A DNA stretch of 64,000 nt from Chloroflexota bacterium (GTDB lineage: Bacteria > Chloroflexota > Chloroflexia > Thermomicrobiales > UBA6265), in contig JAEWEG010000058.1 in assembly GCA_023389575.1 (NCBI GenBank), positions 15,764-79,763 of the forward strand. Reading direction: 5' to 3'. A program made the translations under genes and the position numbers. The notes beneath the pieces were generated by a model. That model saw nothing but the letters and a program-made list of their open reading frames with translations. It had not been told where the DNA came from and searched no databases. Positions 46,898 through 56,171 of this stretch are shown here, in pieces. Each line of letters opens with the position of its first letter. Within the stretch, counting starts at the first letter, position 1.

Positions 46898-47797
46898 TTA
46901 TTTGCTGACCACCTGCGTGCCGGCCGCTTCCTCCATCGGGATGACGACGGCGGTCATATCCTCGGCTCCGTGGGACGAGTCGTGCGCGCGATCGAACACC
47001 GCGCGGGCTTCGCCACCGACGGCGAGTGGAACGCCGAGCTCGTTCGCCAGGTCGGCGATCAGGCCGAGGTCCTTGCGGATCAGGTCGACCGGGGTACCGC
47101 CCGCGAAGTTGCGATCGATGATGAGGGGCACACCCCGGTCGAGCATCTTGCTTCCACCGAAGCTGGTGGAGAGCACTTCCAGCATCTTGGCCGGATCGGC
47201 GCCAGCCTTGACGCCGAGCACCAGGGCTTCGGCCACGGCGGACATGTTGATGCCGACCAGCAGTTGATTGGCGAGCTTGACAATGGTGCCGGCGCCGCTG
47301 GGGCCGACGAGGTGGAGCTTCTGGCCGATGGCCGAGAGGACGGACTGGGCCTTCTCGAAGGCCGCCTCGTCGCCACCCACCATAATCGTGAGGGAGCCGG
47401 CTTCCGCGCCGGCGACGCCGCCACTGACCGGAGCGTCAAGGAACGCGCCCCCCTTGGCGGCGATCTTCTCCGCCAGTTCGCGGCTCAGGCCGGGATCGAT
47501 TGTGCTGGTATCGATGAAGAGCTGTCCCTCGCGGGTGGAGTCCACCAGCCCGTCGGCCTCAAGGTAAACCTTGCGGACCGCCGCCGGATCTGGAAGGCTG
47601 GTGACGATCACGTCAGCCGCCTCGGCGACGCCCTTCGGGCTACCGCCATCGACCGCGCCCTCGGCGACCATCTCCTGGATCGGACCTTCGGAGCGACTGT
47701 TGACGGTGACGGTAAATCCGGCCTTCAGCAAGTTGCGGGTGATTGGGCGGCCCATCTTGCCGAGGCCGATAACGCCAACCCTAATAGTCTCGGTCAT
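46898..47797 (-). CDS. NAD(P)-dependent 3-hydroxyisobutyrate/6-phosphogluconate dehydrogenase-family oxidoreductase
   Basis: IRVGVIGLGKMGRPITRNL Rossmann motif; start MTETI inside ORF 46898..47980. Confidence 0.8.
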   Translation of the reverse strand: MTETIRVGVIGLGKMGRPITRNLLKAGFTVTVNSRSEGPIQEMVAEGAVDGGSPKGVAEAADVIVTSLPDPAAVRKVYLEADGLVDSTREGQLFIDTSTIDPGLSRELAEKIAAKGGAFLDAPVSGGVAGAEAGSLTIMVGGDEAAFEKAQSVLSAIGQKLHLVGPSGAGTIVKLANQLLVGINMSAVAEALVLGVKAGADPAKMLEVLSTSFGGSKMLDRGVPLIIDRNFAGGTPVDLIRKDLGLIADLANELGVPLAVGGEARAVFDRAHDSSHGAEDMTAVVIPMEEAAGTQVVSK

Positions 47798-48342
47798 GAA
47801 ATGCTGTCCTCCTGGCTCGATTCGCGTCGCGCGCGTCGAGCCTGATACGTGCTGGGGTTCATGTGAACCGCGCGATGGCTTCGGGGATGATCGTAGCGTA
47901 GATTGGCGGGTGTGTCGCGACCGGTCCTCCGCGCCCAAGGGCAATAACGGCGAAATTCGCACAACGTAGATTATACGCAAAATATTGAAGTCGGCTGCTT
48001 CCCCATTCGACGTACACGCGAAGTGGTCAATGGATGAGGCATGGCCGGGTGGTGATCGTTATCCGTCGGCCCTCCGCTTACACGGTCGATGGGCGGACGT
48101 CGATGGCGGCTCCCGGCTCCGCCGTGGCGGTCGATGACGCGAGGTCATTCCGTGAGGCCAACCTCGCGCCGGCGAGCGGCCTGCCTCCTGGACGCCGTCA
48201 GCAGTGGATGACGACGGTTTCCGCTCCGAACCGGACCTCGTCACGGCGATGCGGTTGCGTAAGGCGTGGCTGGTTTATGACCAGATCTCGGGCGTGGTGG
48301 TTGACAAATGCGTCGTGTGGGTGTTCAATCACTCACAACGGC

Positions 48343-48960
48343 ATGGCACACGACCCAGTATGGAAAGGAGAACCGAGAACCTTGGCTGCCGAGCGCGAAG
48401 GAACCCCACTCGTCCAGGCCCGGAGGGCCGCGATAACAGACAGTGCTATCCGGGGGTTCGCCCGTACCGGCTATCACGCGACCCCGGTCGCCGAGATCGC
48501 CCGGGAGTCCGGCTTTTCCCAGGCCTATGTGTTTCGCCTGTTCACCGACAAACTCACGCTGTTCGTCGCGGCGATCGACCGCTGTTTCGAGCGCGTTCGA
48601 GAGACGATCGCCGACGGCGCTTACCGGGCGGCCGATTCATCGCCGGCGTCAATCCTCAATTCGATGGGTCAGGCCTACGCCTCGCTCATCGCCGACCGTG
48701 ACCTGCTCATGATCCAGGTTCATGCCCAGAGCGCATCCGATATCCCCGAGGTGCGAGACGCCATGCGCCGCGGCCTCGCCACCGTGGTCGAGATGGCGCA
48801 AGAACGGTCTCGCGCCGAACCGGAGGCGGTCCAATCGTTCATGGCCCGGGGCATGCTCTGTCACCTCGTGGTGACGGCGGGGTTGAACTCGGTCGACGCC
48901 GGGTGGGCCCGGACACTCAGCGCAGGCTTGACCCACCCAGACACGATCGAAGGGGCATAA
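48343..48960 (+). CDS. TetR-family transcriptional regulator
   Basis: ITDSAIRGFARTGYHATPVAEIARESGFSQAYVFRLF; internal ATG of ORF 48034..48960. Confidence 0.8.
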   Translation: MAHDPVWKGEPRTLAAEREGTPLVQARRAAITDSAIRGFARTGYHATPVAEIARESGFSQAYVFRLFTDKLTLFVAAIDRCFERVRETIADGAYRAADSSPASILNSMGQAYASLIADRDLLMIQVHAQSASDIPEVRDAMRRGLATVVEMAQERSRAEPEAVQSFMARGMLCHLVVTAGLNSVDAGWARTLSAGLTHPDTIEGA

Positions 48961-49094
48961 GCAGACACCTCCGGCTCACCTTGCTGGAAGCGGTCAGCAG
49001 ACCGCACACCAGGACACGCATGGTCGCCAATTGGCGGCCTTTACCTGACGCGGAAAAGAGAGTGACCAGTCACACTCTCAATGAAGGAGACTCC

Positions 49095-50642
49095 ATGAAC
49101 CTGATTTCACGCATGTTCCCCGGCGCGAATGGGGACGGTCCCCAGAGGCGGGATCCCACCCCTCCCCTTGCGGTGTCGCCACTGGCCCACAGATTCGTCT
49201 TCGCCCTGATCGCGGCCCTGGCGATGCTCGCGCCGCTCAATGCCTGGTCCGTGTCCGTCTCGGCCCAAGACTCAACTCTCCAACCGGCGCCGCCGTCCAT
49301 ACGCTGGAACGACTGTCAGCAGGAGGGCTTCGAGACGTCCCGCTGCGGCACGATCTCCGTCCCCGTTCACTGGTCCCAGCCCGATGGCGAGACGGTCGAC
49401 CTTGCAGTCGTCGTCCGTCCCGCGGACGATCCGTCCACCCGGATCGGCGCGCTGCTGCTTGGCAATGCCCGGGGCGGATCGGCCATCGAACAGCTTCGCC
49501 TCGGCCTCGTCTCCGGCGCGATCGTTGGAGCATCGATCACCAGCTACGATCTCGTCGCCGTCGACCCCCGCGGCGTCGGCCAGTCCAGTCCGCTCGATTG
49601 CGGCCGCCCGCAACGCACAGCGGGCGTGACATACACCCCTCAGGACATACAGGAATTCGAAGCTATGGTGGCCGACAACCAGGCCCTCGCCAGCGCATGC
49701 GCCGCCGGCGTCGGGAACCCGCTCGCCGGCCTCGACCTCGAGACAAGCGCCCGTGACCTGGACGCCGTGCGGGCCGCGCTCGGCGAAGAGCAGATCACCG
49801 TCTACGGCATCGAGCACACCACGCTCGTCAGCCGCACCTACGCCCGCATGTTCCCCGAGCGCGTCCGGGGCATCATCCTGGATACCGCCGTCGACGACAG
49901 CCTGACCGTATCCCAGCGGCTTGCCTCGGAGGCGGTCGCCGTCGAAACTGGCTTGATGCGATTCGCGGAATGGTGCGACTCGTCGACCGACTGCGCCCTC
50001 CATGGGCAGGATGTCCTGGCCACCTTTGACGCCATCGTGGAGCAGGCGGACGAAACCCCAATCCCGGCTGGCGATCATCCGCCGTTGACCGGGTACGATG
50101 TGCGCCGGTCCACCCAGGAACACCTGGTTTTCCGCGTGGCGTGGTCCGGTTTCGCCGCCGCCCTCGCCCAGGCCGCCAACGGCGACGGGACCGCGCTGAC
50201 CGTTTCGCCCGATGGCACCTTGGTCCCATTGCAGGAGCACGTTGTCGGTTGCATGACCACGCCGGCCGGGGTCTCCACGCTCGAGGAACTGCGGGCGCTG
50301 GAGCAGATGGCCTGGCGACTCGCGCCCCACACCGGAGGCGCCACCCGTGCCTGGGACGTGCTCGCTGGCTGCATCGGTTGGCCCGACCGGCCTGTGGAGC
50401 TGGACAGTGGCGACCCTGTCGATGGCATCCCGCCCGCCCTGTTCCTTGAGTCCACCCACAACACGCTGGCGGCTTACGAGAGCGGTTTCAGCCTCGCCGA
50501 GCAATTCCCGGACAGCCGGGTTCTTTCGCGAGAAGGCGACGAATACAGCCTCGTCGTCTGGTCGAGCTGCATCGCGACGGCGTTTGACGATTACCTGATG
50601 TCGGGGCAGCTTCCGCCACCTGGCGCCATCTGCCTGGACTGA
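49095..50642 (+). CDS. Secreted alpha/beta-hydrolase fold protein, tripeptidyl-aminopeptidase (TAP) family, nucleophile elbow not conserved
   Basis: Signal peptide FVFALIAALAMLAPLNAWSVSVSAQ. TAP-like DLDAVRAALGEEQITVYGIEHTTLVSRTYARMFPERV, where the family normally has G-x-S-Y-G-T. Confidence 0.65.
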   Translation: MNLISRMFPGANGDGPQRRDPTPPLAVSPLAHRFVFALIAALAMLAPLNAWSVSVSAQDSTLQPAPPSIRWNDCQQEGFETSRCGTISVPVHWSQPDGETVDLAVVVRPADDPSTRIGALLLGNARGGSAIEQLRLGLVSGAIVGASITSYDLVAVDPRGVGQSSPLDCGRPQRTAGVTYTPQDIQEFEAMVADNQALASACAAGVGNPLAGLDLETSARDLDAVRAALGEEQITVYGIEHTTLVSRTYARMFPERVRGIILDTAVDDSLTVSQRLASEAVAVETGLMRFAEWCDSSTDCALHGQDVLATFDAIVEQADETPIPAGDHPPLTGYDVRRSTQEHLVFRVAWSGFAAALAQAANGDGTALTVSPDGTLVPLQEHVVGCMTTPAGVSTLEELRALEQMAWRLAPHTGGATRAWDVLAGCIGWPDRPVELDSGDPVDGIPPALFLESTHNTLAAYESGFSLAEQFPDSRVLSREGDEYSLVVWSSCIATAFDDYLMSGQLPPPGAICLD

Positions 50643-50784
50643 GCCCGCCGATCGAATCGGTCGGTCCGCTCGAATCCACCTGGAACGAAGGGACGGTCGC
50701 TGCCAGGCGACCGTCCCTTCCGTCCCGTTCGATATGTAGACGCGAAGGCGTCCTGGGCAAGCAGGAGACCACGGCTGAACGCCG

Positions 50785-51774
50785 CTAGCCGACGTCCACG
50801 ATCATGGGGCCGGGAGTTGAAGGTGGGTTCCCAGCGCCCAGGACGACTGGCGACGCGAAGTCTTTCCGCGTGGCCAATTGCGCGCTGGTGAGCGGCTTGC
50901 CGCCTGGAAGCTGGCCTCGCTCGATGGCGAGGACTCCCGATCCGCACTGGACCTGGATGCCGTCTCTTGTGGCCTGTAGTGTGCCGGGTTCGCCAACCCG
51001 GAACGCCTCTCCAGGCCGGACCGACGCGGCGTGGATCTGGAGCGGCTCACCGGACGGTAGCGGTGTCCAGGCGCGTGGCCACGACCACATGGCGCGGACA
51101 TGTCGCTCGATGCGGTCAGCGGACCACGACCAGTCGATCCACCCGTCCGCCTTTACCAACGGCCTGGTCAAGGTGGCGCCATGCGGCTGAGGGGTGGCGT
51201 TCGATATGCCCGCCAGCAGGTTTCCGATCTCATCCCCCATCAATCGAGCAGCGGCCGCCGCCAGCCGGTTGGTCAGGGACTCGGTGGTGTCGTTGCTGTT
51301 TATGTCGATTTCGAGGGCCGCGTGGATCGGGCCGGTGTCGAGTCCCCGCTCCATGCCCATCAGGGTCACGCCGGTGACCGGATCGCCGCTGAGGATGGCC
51401 GCCGATATGGGCGCGGCTCCCCGGTACTTCGGCAGCAGCGACGCGTGGAGATTGACGCAGCCCAGCGGAGGAAGATCGAGGATCGACCTGCCAAGGATGA
51501 TGCCGAACGCCGCGACCACGATCAGGTCTGGTTGGACATCGACGATCGGCTGGCGAAGCTCGGGCGATTTAAGCGACGCGGTCTGGTAGACCGGCAGGCC
51601 AAGTCGCTCGGCGGTGACTTTCACCGGAGGCGCGACGAGCTTGCGTCCACGGCCCGCCGCGCGATCCGGTTGGGTCACGACGAGCGAGATTTCGACACCT
51701 GGCGCTCGCGCGAGCGTTTCAAGCGAGGGGCAGGCGTAATCCGGCGTGCCCATGAATACGATTCGCCTGGTCAT
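50785..51774 (-). CDS. fmt: Methionyl-tRNA formyltransferase
   Basis: MTRRIVFMGTPDYA...NLHASLLPKYRGAAPI; internal ATG of ORF 50785..52068. Confidence 0.9.
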   Translation of the reverse strand: MTRRIVFMGTPDYACPSLETLARAPGVEISLVVTQPDRAAGRGRKLVAPPVKVTAERLGLPVYQTASLKSPELRQPIVDVQPDLIVVAAFGIILGRSILDLPPLGCVNLHASLLPKYRGAAPISAAILSGDPVTGVTLMGMERGLDTGPIHAALEIDINSNDTTESLTNRLAAAAARLMGDEIGNLLAGISNATPQPHGATLTRPLVKADGWIDWSWSADRIERHVRAMWSWPRAWTPLPSGEPLQIHAASVRPGEAFRVGEPGTLQATRDGIQVQCGSGVLAIERGQLPGGKPLTSAQLATRKDFASPVVLGAGNPPSTPGPMIVDVG

Positions 51775-51809
51775 TGGGTGTTCCCTCCCTCGGTACCGCA
51801 CTGTGAATC

Positions 51810-54674
51810 GTGGCGGGTGTTCGGCGACAATGGCAGGCGTTGAAAACGATCGTGCAAGGATTCCACCGTATGCGGATTGCCGGTTTGCTGCTGTTTCAGG
51901 TTGGAGGCGACAACTACACGCCGGGTCCGGTGTCGCTCGACCAGCCGGTTGGCGATCTGCCCATCGTCGATGATGCCCGCTGGAGCGCGGCGCTGACAAG
52001 CCACTCGTGGGGAGCGCTGGCCGTTTGGATCCTTCTCCTGGTCGTGCTGCAGGCGGCGATGTGGCCACTGGTGCGACAGGTGTTCCAGAGGTTTCCGGAC
52101 CGTGGTTGGGCGTTCGGCCGGCTGGTGACGCTCCTGGTTGCCGGCTACGTCGTCTGGCTCGGCTCGAGCCTCGAGGTCATCGCGTTCCGCGCGATCTGGT
52201 GCGCGGTGGCGCTGCTGGCGGCGGCGGGTGGTGCCTTCCTGATTGGCAGGTGGCTGGAATCGGGCCGGAATGACGAAGGCCGGGAGCCCTGGTTTCGCGA
52301 CCCCTACATCATCGCGGCGGAATGCGTGTTCTGGGGCGTGTTCGCGCTGTTCCTGCTGTACCGGTTCATCAATCCCGACTCGTACCATATTGCCTCTGGC
52401 GGTGAGAAGCCCATGGAGTTCGCGCACATCAACGCCATCCTGAGAAGCGCGCACTTCCCACCGTACGATCCTTGGTATTCGGACGGTACGCTGAACTATT
52501 ACTACTACGGCATGTACCTGATGGCCTTCCTGATGAAGATCACGGGTATTCCGAGCGAGATCGCCTTCAACCTCGCCCAGCCAATGGTGATCGCGATGCT
52601 GGCGACCGGCGCGTTCGGGCTGTCGATGGCCCTGGCGAAGTCGGTGACGCGCTCCCGTGTGTACACCTTCGTCGGAGGATTGGCCGGGTTGGTCTTGGTC
52701 AGCTTCGCCGGGAACATGGTGGCCGCCGCCCGCTTCATCTCGGGGCTGACGGGCGACATGATCACGTTGCGGGACTATGGGTACTGGTTCTGGGGCCCGA
52801 CCCGGATCGTGCTGAACACCATCAACGAATTCCCCTACTTCACCGCCACCTACGCCGACTTGCACGCACACGTGGTGGCGCTGCCGATGACCGTCTTGGT
52901 GATCGCGCTCTGCTTCGCGTTGGTTGGCAGCCCGCGACAGGTCCTGCTCGCGGTATCGAGGTCACGGGCCGATCTCCGCTCGACCATGAGGTTGGTGGCG
53001 ACGCTCGGTATCGCGTCGCTCACCCTGGGATCGCTCTACTCGACGAATGCCTGGGACGTGCCAACCTATGCCGCGCTGACGGCGGTGAGCCTGCTGCTGG
53101 CGACGCGAGGAGTGCGGGGGCTGCCGATCCGCCTGGCGATCACGCTCGGCCTGACGCTGGTGGTCGGAGCGCTCGCCTACCTGGTGGCGCTACCGTTTGC
53201 CAGTAATTATGTCTCGTTTTATGGCGAGGTCGGCACCGGCGAAACCGTCAGCGCGCCGGTCGAGGTGATGGGTCACTTTGGCCTGTTCTTCGTCATCGTG
53301 CCGCTTGGCCTGCTGTACGTGAATTCACGCGAATGGAGAGGATCGCCATGGTTCGCGCAGCCGTGGCTCTACCTGGTCGCGATCTCGGCGGCGCTGCTCT
53401 ATCGCCTGTGGGCGGTGGATGAGGCGGAGTCGACCGTCACGTTCGCGGATGGGCTCCTCGTTCTGGTGCTGGTGGCGTGGCTGGCGATGTCGGTGATCGT
53501 CGGCGGGAGCCGGAGTATGGACTTCGGCCTGCCAGGCTGGACCGGCCCGGTGATCGCCATCGTCACCTGGATCGCGGTGGTGGGGGCGCTGGTGACGGAC
53601 AGGATCGCGCTCGGGCTGTTCCTGGCGATCGGCGGGATCGCCTCGGTCACGTTCCTCCAGCGAGCCGGGACCGGGACTCGGTTCGTGGCCGGGCTGCTGG
53701 CCGGGGCGATGTTCATCGGCACCGGCATGGAGGTGGTGTATTTGGTCGACGGGCTGGATGGCGGCCCTTGGTACCGCATGAACACGGTCTTCAAGTTCTA
53801 CAACCAGATCTGGATCCTGGCCGCGATCGGGTCGGGCGCGATGATCGCGATGATGACCAAATCCGCCTTCGCCGCGGAGCCGGTTCAGGAGACCGTCCCC
53901 GTTACGGAGTCCGACTTGGCCACCGACGGTCACCCGGCCATCTCCACCCTCCCTCACGGGATGACCGACGCGGACGAAGTACCGGCCCAAGAGCCGACAA
54001 TCAATGGGCCGGACATTCGCCCCGAACCGGCGTACCGGGGTTTGCTGACCCAGTCATGGGCGCAGTTCGGCGTCATCGTGGCGTGTCTGGCGGTGATGGC
54101 CTCGCTCGCCTACCCGCTCCTGGCCACGAAGGTTCGCCTGGACCAGCAATTCATCCAGGAAGGCGCCAGCCAGACACTGAACGCCCTCGACTGGATGAAT
54201 TACGGCCTGGTTCCCGAGCGCGGCGGTGGCGGGGTCATGTTCGCGTACGACGAGGACCGCCAGGTAATCGAGTGGTTCAACGAGGAGGTGGCTGGAACGC
54301 CGGTGATCGCCGAGGCGAGCCTTGACCAGTACTGGTGCGCCGGTTCGCGCATCGCGATACACACCGGATTGCCCGTGGTGGTTGGCTGGCCATGGCATGA
54401 GGTGCAACAGCGCGACTGGACGGATATCCACGCGCGTCAGGAAACGCTGCGGTCGCTCTATACCACCACGGACACCGCCGAGAAGCAGGCGATCCTCGAT
54501 GAATATCGCGTTGAATACGTGATCGTTGGGGACCTTGAACGGAACTACCCGACGAACGCGTGCGAATCCACCGACAACTCGGCCGGGATCGAGGCGTTCC
54601 AGTCGATGGTCGGTACGTCCCTCGAAGTCGCGTTCCAGGCTGGTGATACCGTGGTCTACCGGGTGATCCGGTAG
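51810..54674 (+). CDS. Large polytopic membrane protein, DUF2298 / Chlor_Arch_YYY-domain family
   Basis: About 20 TM helices, signature LNYYYYGMYL, C-terminal soluble domain. Start uncertain (51810 lies only 36 bp from the fmt start). Confidence 0.7.
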   Translation: MAGVRRQWQALKTIVQGFHRMRIAGLLLFQVGGDNYTPGPVSLDQPVGDLPIVDDARWSAALTSHSWGALAVWILLLVVLQAAMWPLVRQVFQRFPDRGWAFGRLVTLLVAGYVVWLGSSLEVIAFRAIWCAVALLAAAGGAFLIGRWLESGRNDEGREPWFRDPYIIAAECVFWGVFALFLLYRFINPDSYHIASGGEKPMEFAHINAILRSAHFPPYDPWYSDGTLNYYYYGMYLMAFLMKITGIPSEIAFNLAQPMVIAMLATGAFGLSMALAKSVTRSRVYTFVGGLAGLVLVSFAGNMVAAARFISGLTGDMITLRDYGYWFWGPTRIVLNTINEFPYFTATYADLHAHVVALPMTVLVIALCFALVGSPRQVLLAVSRSRADLRSTMRLVATLGIASLTLGSLYSTNAWDVPTYAALTAVSLLLATRGVRGLPIRLAITLGLTLVVGALAYLVALPFASNYVSFYGEVGTGETVSAPVEVMGHFGLFFVIVPLGLLYVNSREWRGSPWFAQPWLYLVAISAALLYRLWAVDEAESTVTFADGLLVLVLVAWLAMSVIVGGSRSMDFGLPGWTGPVIAIVTWIAVVGALVTDRIALGLFLAIGGIASVTFLQRAGTGTRFVAGLLAGAMFIGTGMEVVYLVDGLDGGPWYRMNTVFKFYNQIWILAAIGSGAMIAMMTKSAFAAEPVQETVPVTESDLATDGHPAISTLPHGMTDADEVPAQEPTINGPDIRPEPAYRGLLTQSWAQFGVIVACLAVMASLAYPLLATKVRLDQQFIQEGASQTLNALDWMNYGLVPERGGGGVMFAYDEDRQVIEWFNEEVAGTPVIAEASLDQYWCAGSRIAIHTGLPVVVGWPWHEVQQRDWTDIHARQETLRSLYTTTDTAEKQAILDEYRVEYVIVGDLERNYPTNACESTDNSAGIEAFQSMVGTSLEVAFQAGDTVVYRVIR

Positions 54675-54754
54675 GGACACCCCGGTTTGCGTTGCCGGGA
54701 GACCCTCCGGAAGGCTATACTCGCCGCCGGTGGATCGGCACGAGACGCTGAATC

Positions 54755-54830
54755 CGGGGTGTGGCGCAGTTGGTAGCGCGCGGCGTTTGGGACGCTGAGG
54801 TCGGAGGTTCGAGTCCTCTCACCCCGACCA
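54755..54830 (+). tRNA. tRNA-Pro, anticodon TGG
   Basis: CGGGGTGTGGCGCAGTTGGTAGCGCGCGGCGTTTGGGACGCTG...GGAGGTTCGAGTCCTCTCACCCCGACCA. Confidence 0.9.
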
Positions 54831-54850
54831 GTAAGACAATATGGCAAGAG

Positions 54851-54884
54851 AAATGCCCGGGAGATTTCTCTCCCGGGCATTTTC
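54851..54884. terminator. Bidirectional terminator (tRNA-Pro / rpsD)
   Basis: aaatgcccgggaga-tttc-tctcccgggcatttt. Confidence 0.85.
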
Positions 54885-54910
54885 CTGTGTCGTGAACTGG
54901 CAGCCAGCGA

Positions 54911-55510
54911 TTAGCGGCTGTAGAACTCGACCACGAGGTGCTCGGCGCAGATGATCGGCACCTCTTCCCGCGGGGGAAGGTACTCGAGGCGCGCGGAGAA
55001 GTTGGGGTCGTCGACCGCCATGTACGGCGCGACCGGTCCGCTACCCTTGAACTCGTTGAAGATCGGGCTCTTGCGGCTCTTCTCGCGAACGGAGATGACA
55101 TCGCCGACCTTGAGGCGCTGCGACGGGATGGTCGCCTTCTTGCCGTTGAGCAGGAAGTGGCCGTGGGTCACGTACTGGCGAGCGGCGTAGATCGTGGGGG
55201 CGAGGCCGGCGCGGAGCACGAGGCAGTCCATGCGGGTCTCGAGGATCTGCACGAGGTTGTCACCCGTAGAACCCGGCATCCGGGTCGCCTGGCCGTAGGC
55301 CTTGCGCAGCTGGGATTCGCTGATGTTGTACTGGAAGCGCATGCGCTGCTTTTCGAGCAGCTGCACGCCGTAGTCCGACGGGCGGCGACGGCGACGCTGG
55401 CCGTGCTGTCCCGGAGGGAACGGCCGGTTCTTCATGTACTTCTGTGCCTTTGGTGTCAGGGCGACGCCGAGGGCACGCGACTTCTTCACCTTTGCTCCGG
55501 TGAAATTCAC
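54911..55510 (-). CDS. rpsD: 30S ribosomal protein S4
   Basis: KKSRALGVALTPKAQKYM...YGVQLLEKQRMRFQYN...; S4 domain. Confidence 0.95.
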   Translation of the reverse strand: MNFTGAKVKKSRALGVALTPKAQKYMKNRPFPPGQHGQRRRRRPSDYGVQLLEKQRMRFQYNISESQLRKAYGQATRMPGSTGDNLVQILETRMDCLVLRAGLAPTIYAARQYVTHGHFLLNGKKATIPSQRLKVGDVISVREKSRKSPIFNEFKGSGPVAPYMAVDDPNFSARLEYLPPREEVPIICAEHLVVEFYSR

Positions 55511-55910
55511 GTGATGGTGCTCCTACGAGAGAACGAGGCTCGTTCGTTGCATTCCTTGCGATCCGGTGAGCTGAAAGGGTGCCTACGCCTTCCGGCCCGC
55601 GATCGCATCTCCTCCGGTGGTTCGCCAGAAGGCGAGTCCGGGATCAGGAACCACGGCCCTATCCTGGGATCTGGCCGTGGCCGACGGGCATTTCCGAGCC
55701 GTCGACCGGGAACCGTGTGCGCGGGTCCTGAGGACCATGTTCCTGCCACTGGCGCCAGCCGCACTGAAAGCGCTGGCGTGAGCCCAGCTCAGGGCACACA
55801 ATCAGACCGGCGAACGATTACCGGCCTGACCGGGCAATTCTACGGTATTGGCCCGGCTTCTCGCCAATTGCCTGCGCATCGGCACGATCAGGAATCGATG
55901 TGAAAAACGG

Positions 55911-55940
55911 TTGGCGTGTCCGTACGACACACGGTATACT
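55911..55940 (+). promoter_or_regulatory. Putative promoter of tRNA-Gly
   Basis: TTGGCG-18 nt-TATACT, 12 nt upstream of the tRNA. Confidence 0.45.
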
Positions 55941-55952
55941 GGCTGCGCTCTC

Positions 55953-56028
55953 GCGGGAGTAACTCAGTTGGTAGAGTGTCTGCCTTCCAAGCAGAATGTC
56001 GCCGGTTCGAGTCCGGTCTCCCGCTCCA
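55953..56028 (+). tRNA. tRNA-Gly, anticodon TCC
   Basis: GCGGGAGTAACTCAGTTGGTAGAGTGTCTGCCTTCCAAGCAGAATGTCGCCGGTTCGAGTCCGGTCTCCCGCTCCA. Confidence 0.9.
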
Positions 56029-56051
56029 AGCTGATCCGAATACATGCATAA

Positions 56052-56084
56052 AGCGCCAGAGGGCTAACTTGGTCCTCTGGCGCT
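56052..56084. terminator. Hairpin between tRNA-Gly and the convergent propeller gene
   Basis: agcgccagagg...cctctggcgct. Confidence 0.55.
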
Positions 56085-56171
56085 CTCTATTTGTCTCCCA
56101 ATGGGTGGTCGTGGGATATCGGACTCTACCCCATGTGCTCCTTCCGCGCCCGCCGCCGAACCTCAGGAGTG

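Noticed and set aside
55511-55850. Structured S4-autoregulatory leader upstream of rpsD.
   Set aside because: A long untranslated leader is plausible, but I could not define a pseudoknot or conserved motif by eye. It is not reported as a feature.
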